Positions 23,079-32,424 of a stretch of 57,600 nt of DNA are shown piece by piece (position 1 is the first letter of the stretch; each line of letters opens with the position of its first letter). The notes beneath the pieces are model-generated. The model did not search any database, was not told where the DNA came from, and saw only the letters and a program-made list of their open reading frames with translations. Position numbers and translations under genes: made by a program. The DNA comes from Burkholderiales bacterium. GTDB taxonomy: Bacteria; Pseudomonadota; Gammaproteobacteria; Burkholderiales; SG8-39. Location of the stretch: NCBI GenBank assembly GCA_049582445.1, contig JBAUTZ010000102.1, positions 1 to 57,600 of the forward strand, given 5' to 3'.

Positions 23079-23909
23079 TCAAAGCTCCCAGCCTTGCCAG
23101 ATCGGTCGCAGGCGCGGGTCCAGCGCAGGCAGCCCGCCGAGCTCGGCGCCTTCGGCGGGGCCATGGAAGTCCGAGCCGCGCGATGCCGCCAGGCCATGAT
23201 GCGTCGCGAGCGCCGCGAACAGGCCATACTGGTCAGGCGAGTGGCTTCCCGTGACCACTTCGATGCCCTCGCCGCCTCCACCGCAGAATTCAAGCAGCAG
23301 CTCGTCCATGGCGCCCGACGAAAGCCCATAGCGACCCGGATGCGCCAGTACCGCATGCCCGCCGGCCGCCCGGATCCAGCCCAGCGCCTCGCCAAGCGCC
23401 GCCCAGCGGTGTGGAACGAAGCCGGGCTTTCCGGGCACGAGGTAACGGCGAAAGGCGCCGCGCACGTCCGACACGGCGCCGATATCTACGAGGTAGCGCG
23501 CAAAGTGGGTCCGGCCCACCATCGCGGGATCCTCCGCATGTCGCAGGGCCCCTTCGAAGCTTCCCGCGATGCCGACTTCGTCCAGCGAGCGTGCCATGTC
23601 GCGCGCTCGTTCCAGACGCCCCGCGCGCACGGCGCGCAGCCCAACAACCAGCGATTCCGAGGTCGGGTCGACGCGTAGGCCGAGGACGTGCAGCGTTGCG
23701 CCGCGCCAGCTCACCGAGATCTCCACGCCGTCCACGAACTTGATGCGCGCCGCATGCGCCGCCTCACGCGCCTCCGCAAGCCCATCGAGCTGATCGTGGT
23801 CGGTCAAGGCCAGGACGTCGACCCCTCTCGCCGCGGCGCGCTCGACCACGGCCGCCGGCTCAAGCGCGCCGTCCGACGCGGTGGAATGGCAATGGAGGTC
23901 GACTCTCAT
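23079..23909 (-). CDS. yciV: PHP-domain phosphoesterase, YciV/TrpH (RNase AM)-like
   Basis: The ATG at 23909 gives MRVDLHCHSTASDGALEPAAVVERAAARGVDVLALTDHD, with AVLAHPGRY and SRGSDFHGP later. The start overlaps the upstream gene stop (ATGA). Confidence 0.88.
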   Translation of the reverse strand: MRVDLHCHSTASDGALEPAAVVERAAARGVDVLALTDHDQLDGLAEAREAAHAARIKFVDGVEISVSWRGATLHVLGLRVDPTSESLVVGLRAVRAGRLERARDMARSLDEVGIAGSFEGALRHAEDPAMVGRTHFARYLVDIGAVSDVRGAFRRYLVPGKPGFVPHRWAALGEALGWIRAAGGHAVLAHPGRYGLSSGAMDELLLEFCGGGGEGIEVVTGSHSPDQYGLFAALATHHGLAASRGSDFHGPAEGAELGGLPALDPRLRPIWQGWEL

Positions 23910-24781
23910 TCGGCCTCCATTAAGAAATCTTCGATCAGCCGCGCGAGCCGCTCCGGCTGGTCGTGATGCAGCATGTGCCCTGCGCCAGCGAGCGTCTCGT
24001 GGCGCAATCTGCGAAATGCGGCGCGCCGCTCCGCATACTCGTGCTCGGCGATTCCCATCCGTTTGAGGGAATCCGATTCGCTGGCGTCGACCCATAGCAC
24101 GGCCGCTGTGGCCTGCTGCCAGATTGCGCGCGCTTCCTCGTAGCGGTAGAGGATCGGATTGACGATCTTGTGCGCCGGGTCTCCGCGCAGCACCACCTTG
24201 CCGTCCGAGGCTTCGCGCCCCCAGTGCCGCGCGAGGAACTCGGCGCGCTCCCGCGTCAGCCGCGGGTTGTTCTTCTGCAGCCGGTCGGCGAGGGCAGCGA
24301 AGCTCGCGTAAGGCCATAGGCGCGGCCGGTCGCGCAGTTCGCGCAGCCATCGCGCATAGCGCTCGGGCGCCTGCTCCGGCCGAGTGGCGGACATGCCGAA
24401 GCCTTCCAGGTTGACGAGCTTCGCGATGCGCGACGGCCGGATTCCGGCGTACAGCGCAGCGACGTTTCCCCCGAGGCTATGCCCCACCAGGTTGACGGCT
24501 TCATCGGGCTGGATGTGCTCGAGCAACGCGTCGAGGTCGGCCACGTAGTCCGGAAACCAGTAGCAATCGGATTGCCCCCAGTCGGTCATGCCGTATCCGC
24601 GCCAGTCGGGCGCGTACACGTCCCAGTCGCCGGCCAGCGCGTCCACGAGGAACTGGAACGACGCCGATACGTCCATCCAGCCATGCAGCAGCACCATCCG
24701 CCGTGCGCGATCGCCGCGCCAGTGCCGCACGTGGTAGCGCAAGCGACGGATCTCGAAGTACAGCGACTCGCTGGGACGCAT
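23906..24781 (-). CDS. Alpha/beta-fold hydrolase
   Basis: The ATG at 24781 gives MRPSESLYFEIRRLRYHVRHW. Oxyanion region VLLHGWMD, nucleophile elbow GHSLGG, and a C-terminal GAGHMLHHDQPE histidine motif. Confidence 0.85.
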   Translation of the reverse strand: MRPSESLYFEIRRLRYHVRHWRGDRARRMVLLHGWMDVSASFQFLVDALAGDWDVYAPDWRGYGMTDWGQSDCYWFPDYVADLDALLEHIQPDEAVNLVGHSLGGNVAALYAGIRPSRIAKLVNLEGFGMSATRPEQAPERYARWLRELRDRPRLWPYASFAALADRLQKNNPRLTRERAEFLARHWGREASDGKVVLRGDPAHKIVNPILYRYEEARAIWQQATAAVLWVDASESDSLKRMGIAEHEYAERRAAFRRLRHETLAGAGHMLHHDQPERLARLIEDFLMEAE

Positions 24782-24834
24782 TGGAGGACGGCGAAAAGTC
24801 GCGATGTTACCAAGCGACTGGCCGCGGGCGAACA

Positions 24835-26085
24835 CTACAGAAAGCCGAATGTCGGCTGAGGCCGCTTCCCGGAGACCAGATCGGACAGCGCACGCGCCGA
24901 TCCGCAGGCAAGCGTCCAGCCCAGCGTGCCGTGACCAGTGTTTAGGAACAGGTTTCGCAGCCGCGTGCGGCCAATGAGCGGCACGTTGTTCGGCGTCGCA
25001 GGTCGCAGCCCGGCCCAGTACGTGACTTCGCGCACCTTCGCGAGCGAAGGGAACAGCTGCCGCAAGCGTGCGACGATCGCCTGGCACCGCGCAGGGTTTA
25101 CGGTGTCGTCATAGCCGGTGAGCTCCGCGGTGCCGGCGCTGCGCAGCCTGGCACCGAGCCGCGTGATGACGATCTTGCTCGCCTCGTCGGTAAGGCTGAC
25201 GCTGGGCACGGCGCTGTCGCCATCGTCAGGTAACGGCAAGGTGACGGAATAGCCTTTGAGGGGATAGACGGGAATGCGAACGCCGAGCGGCGCGAGGAAC
25301 AGTGGACTGTAGCTTCCGAGCGCCACCACATAGGCATCCGCGGTGACGCGCGCGGCACCGCCGTCTTTTAGCCGCACGCCAGTCACCGAATCCCCGGCCG
25401 CATCGATCGCCTCGACGCTACGCCCGTGCACGAACGTGACGCCGCGCTCGCGCGCCATTCCGGCGAGCGTCAGCGTAAACGCGTGTGCGTCGCCAGACTC
25501 GTCCAGCGGTGTGTAGATTCCTCCGACCACCGGTACGAGGCTGTGGCTCAGTGCGGGCTCGATCGCGGTGCATTCGCCCGCGCTCTTTACCTCGCGCGCG
25601 ATGCCCAGCTGGTGCATCACCGCCGCATGCCGTGCGAGCGCTTCGAAATCGCGCTCGTCGGTACAAAAATGCAGGATGCCGCGGCTCATCTGGTCGTACT
25701 GGATGCCCGTGCGCTCGCGCATTTCGATCAAGCATTCCCGGCTGTACAGCGCAAGTCCCGCAAGTTCACGCGTGTTGCGTTCGAGCCGGCCGGGGAGGCA
25801 CTCCGCGAGAAACCGCAAGCCCCACTCCCATTGCGCCAGGCTGAGCCGGGGCCGGAACAGCAGCGGCGCATCCTCGCGCCCGAGCCAACGGAAGATTTTC
25901 GGCAGCACCCCCGGGCGCGCCCAGGGCTCCGCGTGTCCCGCCGAGATCTGGCCGCCGTTCGCGAACGAAGTCTCGAGTCCCGGCTCGGGTTGACGGTCGA
26001 TCACGGTCACCTCGTGGCCCGCCTCGGCGAGATACCACGCGGTGGTCACGCCGATGACGCCCGCCCCCAGCACAACGACTCTCAC
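24835..26085 (-). CDS. dadA: D-amino acid dehydrogenase (FAD-dependent)
   Basis: GTG start. MRVVVLGAGVIGVTTAWYLAEAGHEVTVIDRQ (dinucleotide fold), PVYPLKGYSVT, and C-terminal LNTGHGTLGWTLACGSARALSDLVSG. Collinear with E. coli DadA. Confidence 0.9.
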   Translation of the reverse strand: MRVVVLGAGVIGVTTAWYLAEAGHEVTVIDRQPEPGLETSFANGGQISAGHAEPWARPGVLPKIFRWLGREDAPLLFRPRLSLAQWEWGLRFLAECLPGRLERNTRELAGLALYSRECLIEMRERTGIQYDQMSRGILHFCTDERDFEALARHAAVMHQLGIAREVKSAGECTAIEPALSHSLVPVVGGIYTPLDESGDAHAFTLTLAGMARERGVTFVHGRSVEAIDAAGDSVTGVRLKDGGAARVTADAYVVALGSYSPLFLAPLGVRIPVYPLKGYSVTLPLPDDGDSAVPSVSLTDEASKIVITRLGARLRSAGTAELTGYDDTVNPARCQAIVARLRQLFPSLAKVREVTYWAGLRPATPNNVPLIGRTRLRNLFLNTGHGTLGWTLACGSARALSDLVSGKRPQPTFGFL

Positions 26086-26166
26086 CTCGACTCCTCGACG
26101 GGCACGAACCGCCCTTCAGCACACGCTATGATAGCGGCTCGCTTCGCCTCTGCTACGAGCATCCAG

Positions 26167-26712
26167 ATGCCCATTTTTTCCCTCGGAGACCGCCGGGTCG
26201 AATTACGTGGTGCGAGTCATTTCATTGCTTACGACGCGACGTTGGTCGGCAACATCACGCTGGACACCGACGTCAGCATCTGGTTCAAGGTGGTCGTCCG
26301 CGCCGAAAACGACTGCGTGCAGATCGGCGAGGCCACCAACGTGCAGGATGGCTCGGTATTGCACGTGGACCCGGGCTACCCGATGACCTTGGGGCGCATG
26401 GTGACCATCGGCCACAAGGTCATGCTGCACGGATGCACCGTCGGCGACGGGAGTCTGGTCGGCATCAACAGCGTCATCATGAACGGTGCGCGCATCGGAA
26501 AGGGTTCGCTGATCGGCGCGAACACGCTGATCGCCGAGGGCAAGGAGATTCCCGACGGCGTGCTGGTGCTCGGCTCGCCAGGCAAAGTGGTGCGCGACCT
26601 GAAGAAAGAAGAGCAGGACCAGCTGCTCAAGATCGCGCGCGGCTACGTCGAGCGCTCCAGAATGTATGTGCGCGAGCTGCGCGAGGAGCCGTTGCCTCCT
26701 TCGGCCCGCTGA
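26167..26712 (+). CDS. Gamma-class carbonic anhydrase-like / hexapeptide-repeat protein (YrdA/PaaY family)
   Basis: The ATG at 26167 gives MPIFSLGDRRVELRGASHFIAYDATLVGNITL. Hexapeptide repeats and the His ligand context NVQDGSVLH...IGHKVMLHGC. The upstream 247 aa of the track ORF are antisense to dadA. Confidence 0.85.
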   Translation: MPIFSLGDRRVELRGASHFIAYDATLVGNITLDTDVSIWFKVVVRAENDCVQIGEATNVQDGSVLHVDPGYPMTLGRMVTIGHKVMLHGCTVGDGSLVGINSVIMNGARIGKGSLIGANTLIAEGKEIPDGVLVLGSPGKVVRDLKKEEQDQLLKIARGYVERSRMYVRELREEPLPPSAR

Positions 26713-26727
26713 CGCTCCTCCGCGGCG

Positions 26728-27495
26728 TCACTTCGGCGCCATGCGGATCGCGCCGTCAAGCCTGATCACCTCGCCGTTCAGCATCTCGTTTTCGACGATG
26801 CTGCGCGCGAGTTGCGCGTACTCCGCCGGCCGTCCGAGTCGCGACGGAAACGGAACCATCTTGCCCAGCGCGTCCTGCACGTCTTTCGGCATGCCGAGGA
26901 GCATCGGCGTCTCGAATATCCCGGGCGCGATGGTGCACACGCGGATCCCGCTACGCGCCAGGTCGCGTGCAATGGGCAGCGTCATGCCGACCACGCCGCC
27001 TTTGGAAGCCGAATAGGCTGCCTGACCGATCTGTCCATCGAAGGCCGCGACCGAGGCGGTATTGATGATCACGCCGCGCTCGCCGGCCGCGTTCGGACCC
27101 GCCTTCGCCATGGCGTCGGCAACCAGCCGGATCATATTGAAGGTCCCGATGAGATTGACGGTGATCACGCGCGTGAAGCTCGCCAGCTGATGCGGCCCGT
27201 CCTTGCCGATCGTCTTCTCGCCGATGGCGATGCCGGCGCAATTGACGAGCACATGGAGGCCGCCGAACTCCTTGAGCGCTAGGTCGACCGCGCTCTTGGC
27301 GTCCGCCTCGGCAGTCACGTCGGTCTTGACGAAGCGCGCGACGGCGCCAAGCTCCTTGGCCAATTTTTGTCCCGCATCGGCCTGCATGTCCGCGATCACG
27401 ACTTTGCCGCCGTTCTCGGCCGCCATACGGGCCGTGGCGGCGCCCAGCCCGGATGCGCCCCCGGTGACTAGAAATACGCTGTTCTTGATCTGCAT
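26728..27495 (-). CDS. Short-chain dehydrogenase/reductase, 3-hydroxyacyl-CoA dehydrogenase type-2-like
   Basis: TGGASGLG cofactor motif, NCAGI, catalytic [15 protein letters not shown]. Confidence 0.85.
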   Translation of the reverse strand: MQIKNSVFLVTGGASGLGAATARMAAENGGKVVIADMQADAGQKLAKELGAVARFVKTDVTAEADAKSAVDLALKEFGGLHVLVNCAGIAIGEKTIGKDGPHQLASFTRVITVNLIGTFNMIRLVADAMAKAGPNAAGERGVIINTASVAAFDGQIGQAAYSASKGGVVGMTLPIARDLARSGIRVCTIAPGIFETPMLLGMPKDVQDALGKMVPFPSRLGRPAEYAQLARSIVENEMLNGEVIRLDGAIRMAPK

Positions 27496-27681
27496 TGGAA
27501 CTCCCTTTATGGGCAGATGTGTACCGCGGGCCAGCGCCCGCGAGCGAGAGAGTTGCGCATGCTAAACGCTCGGCTCGGCTCGCGGCAAATGTATCCGAAC
27601 CATAACGCTCCGAGCGATGAGTCTTGAGATGGCGCCATCAATCGGCGAGAATTTGGCGTTTTACAACGCAAATAGCGGATT

Positions 27682-30600
27682 TTGGCCTCCTCCCCGTCCT
27701 CGGACCTGCGCCTCGCGTTCGACTTCTCCTTTGGCGACCTCTACCGGCGCGACGGCCTGGTGCGCCTGGACGGCGCCTTTCTCTCCTGGATCGGCGATGC
27801 CGACGCAGCCTTGCGCACGCGCCTGGAAAGCGCCCGTGCCCACCCCGACAAGCTTGCTCCGAAGGATGAGTCCGACCTGCTGGTCGCGCTGTCGCCGTTG
27901 CTGGAGGACTTCCTTGCACGGCTGTTCGGCATCGAATCGGAGTGTCAGGCTCTCGCCGCGCGGCACCACGAGCTGGCACCGCTTTACTCGGTAAAGCGGC
28001 TGTTCGTGCAGCGGCGAGCCCTGCATAAGGTCAAACCCGAGGCGCTCGAGGCATTCGATGCCGCGGCCGCAGAGCGCGAGCTCGAACAGGCGTTTGGCGA
28101 GGCGTTTAGCGAGCTTGCCTTCGCACGCGCCGTCACCGATTGGCAGAAGGATGAGGCAGCACACGCGGAACGGCTGGAACTTGCCGCCCGCTACGCGGCC
28201 TGGGCTGCGACCACACCGCAAGGGCGCGCCAGACATGGCGGGGGCGTGCTGTTCAAGGCACCGCGCAAGCTCGACTTCATGCGCCTGGTTCCGGTGCATA
28301 CCGAATCAGCTCAGGGCGTCGCGCAGCACACCCTTCCCGCCGAACACCTGCGTCGACGTGAGGGCTTCGCGCTCACCGATCCCGGAACGGACCTCGTGGG
28401 CGCGCTCGACCAGGCGAATTACTGCATCTGGTGCCACGAGCAGGGCAAGGACTCGTGCTCCAAGGGCCTCAAGGAGAAGCCGCCCGCGCAGGCCTTCAAG
28501 AAGACCGTGTTCGGCGTCACGCTTGCTGGCTGCCCGCTCGAAGAGAAGATCTCCGAGTTCCATATGGTCAAGACGCGCGGGCTGCCAGTGGCGGCGCTCG
28601 CCATGATCGTCGTCGACAACGCCATGGTCGCCGGAACCGGGCATCGTATATGCAACGACTGTATGAAATCTTGCATCTACCAGAAGCAGGAGCCGGTCGA
28701 CATTCCGCAGGCCGAGACGCGTACCCTCAAGGACGTACTCGAGCTTCCCTGGGGCTTCGAGATCTATTCGCTTCTCACGCGCTGGAATCCGCTCAACCTG
28801 CGCCGCCCCTACCCAAGGGCCGCGACCGGCAAGCGCGTGCTGGTGGTCGGCCTCGGACCGGCCGGGTTCACCGTCGCCCACCACCTGCTAAACGACGGTC
28901 ATGCCGTGGTCGGCATCGACGGACTCAAGATCGAGCCGCTCGACGCCCCGCTCTCGAGCGTCGATGCGCATGGCCTGCGACACGCGTTTCGACCGGTGCG
29001 CGATATCGGCGAACTGCGTGAACCGCTCGACGCCCGGGTGATGGCGGGATTCGGCGGCGTCGCCGAATACGGCATCACGGTACGCTGGGACAAGAACTTC
29101 CTCAAGATGGTGCGCTTGCTGCTCGAGCGGCGCAGCCAGTTCGCGATGTTCGGCGGCGTGCGCTTCGGCGGAACGATCACCGCCGAGTCGGCATTTGCAG
29201 CGGGCTTCGACCACATCGTGCTCGCCGCGGGCGCGGGCCGTCCGACGCTTCTAGACGTTCCGAACGGCCTGGTGCGCGGCGTGCGAGCGGCCTCGGATTT
29301 CCTCATGGCGCTGCAGCTTACGGGCGCCGCGCGGCGCGACTCGATCGCCAACCTGCAGATAAGGCTGCCGGTAGTGGTGATCGGCGGCGGCCTCACCGCC
29401 ATCGATACGGCAACCGAGACGCTCGCGTACTACGTGGTGCAGGTGGAGAAGTTTCTCGCGCGCTACGAGCAGCTGTGTGCAGAGCGCGGCGAGCATGCCG
29501 TGCGGGCTCCCTGGAACGGCGAAGAAGCGGGCGTCGCCGACGAATTCCTGGCGCACGCGAGGGGCATTCGGGCCGAGCGCGAGCGGGCGCAGGCCGAGGG
29601 CCGCGAGGCGCGCGTGGTCGAGCTCCTGAAGGCCTGGGGCGGGGTAAAGATCGTCTACCGCCGGCGGCTGGTGGATTCGCCCTCCTACACCCTGAATCAC
29701 GAGGAGGTGGAGAAGGCGCTCGAGGAAGGCATCAGCTTTGCCGAGGGCCTGTCGCCGACGCGCGTCGAGGTGGACGAGTTCGGCCACGCGCGCGCCGTGC
29801 GCTTTGCGCAACAGGGCGGCAGCGAGGTGGAGCTGCCGGCGCGTGCGGTGCTCGTGGCGGCGGGCACGCAGCCCAACACGGTTCTCGGCCGCGAGGATCC
29901 CCAGCACTTCAAGCTCGATGGCAAGTACTTCGAGGCCTGCGACCGCGACGGCAACCCGGTCAAGCCCGAGCGCGCAATCTCCAAGCCGACGCAGCCGGAT
30001 ATCCTGATGTGGCGCACGCCGGACGGCCGCTTCGTGAGCTACTTCGGCGACCTCCACCCATCCTTTTTCGGCAATGTGGTCAAGGCCATGGGCGGCGCGA
30101 AGCAGGGTTATCCCCTGGTAAGCGAGGTGCTAGCCCGAGTCAAACCCGCCTCGCCGCTAAGCGACGCCGCTTTTTTCGAACGGCTGAACGCGGAGCTCCG
30201 CGCGGTGGTGCATCAGGTCAAGCGCTTGACGCCGAGCATCGTCGAAGTGGTCGTGCGCGCCCCCCGCGCCGCGCGCGAGTTTCACCCGGGCCAGTTCTAC
30301 CGGCTGCAGAACTTCGAAACGCTCGCGCCGCGAATCGACGGGACGACGCTCGCGATGGAAGGGATCGCGCTTACCGGCGCGTGGGTCGACAAGGATCAGG
30401 GTCTGCTCTCGACCATCATCCTGGAGATGGGCGGTTCGTCGGACCTTTGCGCCCACCTCAAGCCGGGCGAGCCGGTGATCCTCATGGGGCCGACCGGCAC
30501 GCCAACGGAGATTCCGAGCGACGAGACGGTGGTGCTCGCCGGCGGCGGCCTAGGCAACGCGGTATTGTTCTCGATCGGCCAGGCACTGCGCGCAGCCGGC

Positions 30601-31182
30601 TCCAGGGTGCTCTACTTCGCGGGGTACAAGCGAGTCATGGACCGATACAAGGTCGACGAGATCGAGAAGGCCGCCGACGTGGTCGTCTGGTGCTGTGACG
30701 AGGCCCCGGGTTTCGAGCCCGCGCGTGCCCAGGACCGCGCCTTCGTCGGCAACATTGTCGAGGCGATGCGGGCCTACGCGACCGGCAATCTGGGCTCCCT
30801 TCCGATCGAGTTTCACGACTGCGACCGCCTGATCGCCATCGGCTCGGACCGGATGATGGCCGCCGTGGCCCGCGCGCGACATGGCGTGCTCAAGGATTGC
30901 CTCAAGTCGGCGCACCTCGGCATCGGATCGATCAATTCGCCCATGCAATGCATGATGAAGGAAGTCTGCGCGCAATGCCTTCAGCCTCATGTCGACCCGA
31001 TAAGCGGCGACCGAACCTACGTCTTCTCCTGCTTCAACCAGGACCAGCCGCTCGATGTAGTCGACTTTGCAGCGCTCGACCAGCGGCTGAGGCAGAATGG
31101 CGTGCAGGAAAAGCTCACCGCACAATGGATCGACCGCTGCCTCAAGCGCCTCGGGATGCGCGCCGAGAGGAAAGCGGCATAG
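27682..31182 (+). CDS. Large multi-domain oxidoreductase: N-terminal uncharacterised helical region, then a GltD/NfnB-like Fe-S plus FAD/NAD(P) module, then a PyrK/NfnA-like ferredoxin-reductase module with a C-terminal Cys cluster
   Basis: Cys motifs NYCIWCHEQGKDSCSKG, GCPLEEKISEF (GltD-like) and HRICNDCMKSCIYQ. Rossmann motifs VLVVGLGPAGFTVAH and VVVIGGGLTAIDTA. C-terminal part FHPGQFYRL, VVLAGGGLGNAVLFS and CMMKEVCAQCLQ...FSCFNQD. The first possible start is TTG at 27682, right after an in-frame TAG. Confidence 0.75.
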   Translation: MASSPSSDLRLAFDFSFGDLYRRDGLVRLDGAFLSWIGDADAALRTRLESARAHPDKLAPKDESDLLVALSPLLEDFLARLFGIESECQALAARHHELAPLYSVKRLFVQRRALHKVKPEALEAFDAAAAERELEQAFGEAFSELAFARAVTDWQKDEAAHAERLELAARYAAWAATTPQGRARHGGGVLFKAPRKLDFMRLVPVHTESAQGVAQHTLPAEHLRRREGFALTDPGTDLVGALDQANYCIWCHEQGKDSCSKGLKEKPPAQAFKKTVFGVTLAGCPLEEKISEFHMVKTRGLPVAALAMIVVDNAMVAGTGHRICNDCMKSCIYQKQEPVDIPQAETRTLKDVLELPWGFEIYSLLTRWNPLNLRRPYPRAATGKRVLVVGLGPAGFTVAHHLLNDGHAVVGIDGLKIEPLDAPLSSVDAHGLRHAFRPVRDIGELREPLDARVMAGFGGVAEYGITVRWDKNFLKMVRLLLERRSQFAMFGGVRFGGTITAESAFAAGFDHIVLAAGAGRPTLLDVPNGLVRGVRAASDFLMALQLTGAARRDSIANLQIRLPVVVIGGGLTAIDTATETLAYYVVQVEKFLARYEQLCAERGEHAVRAPWNGEEAGVADEFLAHARGIRAERERAQAEGREARVVELLKAWGGVKIVYRRRLVDSPSYTLNHEEVEKALEEGISFAEGLSPTRVEVDEFGHARAVRFAQQGGSEVELPARAVLVAAGTQPNTVLGREDPQHFKLDGKYFEACDRDGNPVKPERAISKPTQPDILMWRTPDGRFVSYFGDLHPSFFGNVVKAMGGAKQGYPLVSEVLARVKPASPLSDAAFFERLNAELRAVVHQVKRLTPSIVEVVVRAPRAAREFHPGQFYRLQNFETLAPRIDGTTLAMEGIALTGAWVDKDQGLLSTIILEMGGSSDLCAHLKPGEPVILMGPTGTPTEIPSDETVVLAGGGLGNAVLFSIGQALRAAGSRVLYFAGYKRVMDRYKVDEIEKAADVVVWCCDEAPGFEPARAQDRAFVGNIVEAMRAYATGNLGSLPIEFHDCDRLIAIGSDRMMAAVARARHGVLKDCLKSAHLGIGSINSPMQCMMKEVCAQCLQPHVDPISGDRTYVFSCFNQDQPLDVVDFAALDQRLRQNGVQEKLTAQWIDRCLKRLGMRAERKAA

Positions 31183-31196
31183 ACCGGGAGAAGGCA

Positions 31197-32399
31197 ATGA
31201 AGATCGGAAACGCTGTACTCTCGCTCGCGCTCGCTGTCTCATCCGTGCTCGCGCCGAGCGGCAGCGCCGTGGCACAGCCGATCAAGGTCGGCGAGCTCAA
31301 CAGTTACAAGGTTTTCCCCGCGTTTCTGGAACCTTACAAGAAGGGCTGGCAGCTCGCGCTGGAGGAGATCAACAAGTCCGGCGGCGTGAACGGGCGCGCG
31401 CTGGAGGTTGTATCGCGCGACGACGGCGGCGATCCCGGAAGTGCGGTCAGGGTCGCGGAAGAACTCCTCTCGCGCGACAAGGTGAGCCTCCTGATGGGGA
31501 CGTTCGCGTCCAACGTCGGTCTTGCCGTGGCGAACCTTGCCAACCAGCGCAAGGTGGTTTTCATCGCGGCGGAGCCGCTGACCGACAAAATCGTCTGGGA
31601 AAACGGCAACCACTATACGTTCAGACTCCGGCCGTCCACCTACATGCAGGTCGCCATGCTGGTGCCCGAGGCGGCAAAGCTCAACAAGAAGCGCTGGGCG
31701 GTGGTATATCCGAATTACGAGTACGGCCAGTCAGCCACCGCGTCCTTTAAGCTGCTGATGGGCAAGGCGCAGCCCGGATTCGAGATCGTTACCGAGCAGG
31801 CTCCGCCTCTGGGCAAGATCGACGCCGGCGCAGTGGTGCAGGCGCTTGTCGACGCGAAGCCCGACGCGATCTTCAGCTCGCTGTTCGCGGCGGACCTGCA
31901 GAAGTTCGTGCGCGAAGGCAATATCCGGGGACTATTCAAGGGACGTACGGTGGTCAACCTGCTCGCGGGCGAGCCCGAATACCTCGATCCGCTCAAGGAC
32001 GAGACGCCGGAAGGCTGGTGGGTCACCGGCTATCCCTGGAGCCAGATCAAGACGCCGGCCCACAGGAAGTTCGTCGAATCCTACGAGAAGCGCTGGAAGG
32101 ACTACCCGAGGCTCGGTTCGGTGGTTGGCTACACGACCATGTACACCGTGGCCAACGCGCTCAGGAAAGCGGGCACTACGGACACCGAACAGGTGATCGC
32201 GGCGCTCGAAGGCCTGGAGATGGATACGTTATTCGGGCCGATCGTGTACCGGGCCGTCGACCACCAATCGACGATGGGCGCCTACGTGGGACAGCTTGCC
32301 CGGAAGAACGGCAAGGGCGTGATGGTCAACTGGCACTTCGCCGATGGCGCCATGTTCCTGCCTCCTCCGGCAGAGGTGAAGATGATGCGCAAGCAGTAG
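31197..32399 (+). CDS. ABC transporter substrate-binding protein, Leu/Ile/Val-binding (type I PBP) family
   Basis: The ATG at 31197 gives MKIGNAVLSLALAVSSVLAPSGSAVAQ (signal peptide), then PIKVGELNSYKVFPAFLEPYKKGWQLALEEINKSGGVNGR. Confidence 0.85.
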   Translation: MKIGNAVLSLALAVSSVLAPSGSAVAQPIKVGELNSYKVFPAFLEPYKKGWQLALEEINKSGGVNGRALEVVSRDDGGDPGSAVRVAEELLSRDKVSLLMGTFASNVGLAVANLANQRKVVFIAAEPLTDKIVWENGNHYTFRLRPSTYMQVAMLVPEAAKLNKKRWAVVYPNYEYGQSATASFKLLMGKAQPGFEIVTEQAPPLGKIDAGAVVQALVDAKPDAIFSSLFAADLQKFVREGNIRGLFKGRTVVNLLAGEPEYLDPLKDETPEGWWVTGYPWSQIKTPAHRKFVESYEKRWKDYPRLGSVVGYTTMYTVANALRKAGTTDTEQVIAALEGLEMDTLFGPIVYRAVDHQSTMGAYVGQLARKNGKGVMVNWHFADGAMFLPPPAEVKMMRKQ

Positions 32400-32424
32400 C
32401 AGCGGCCGTCCCGATGCGCCACCG

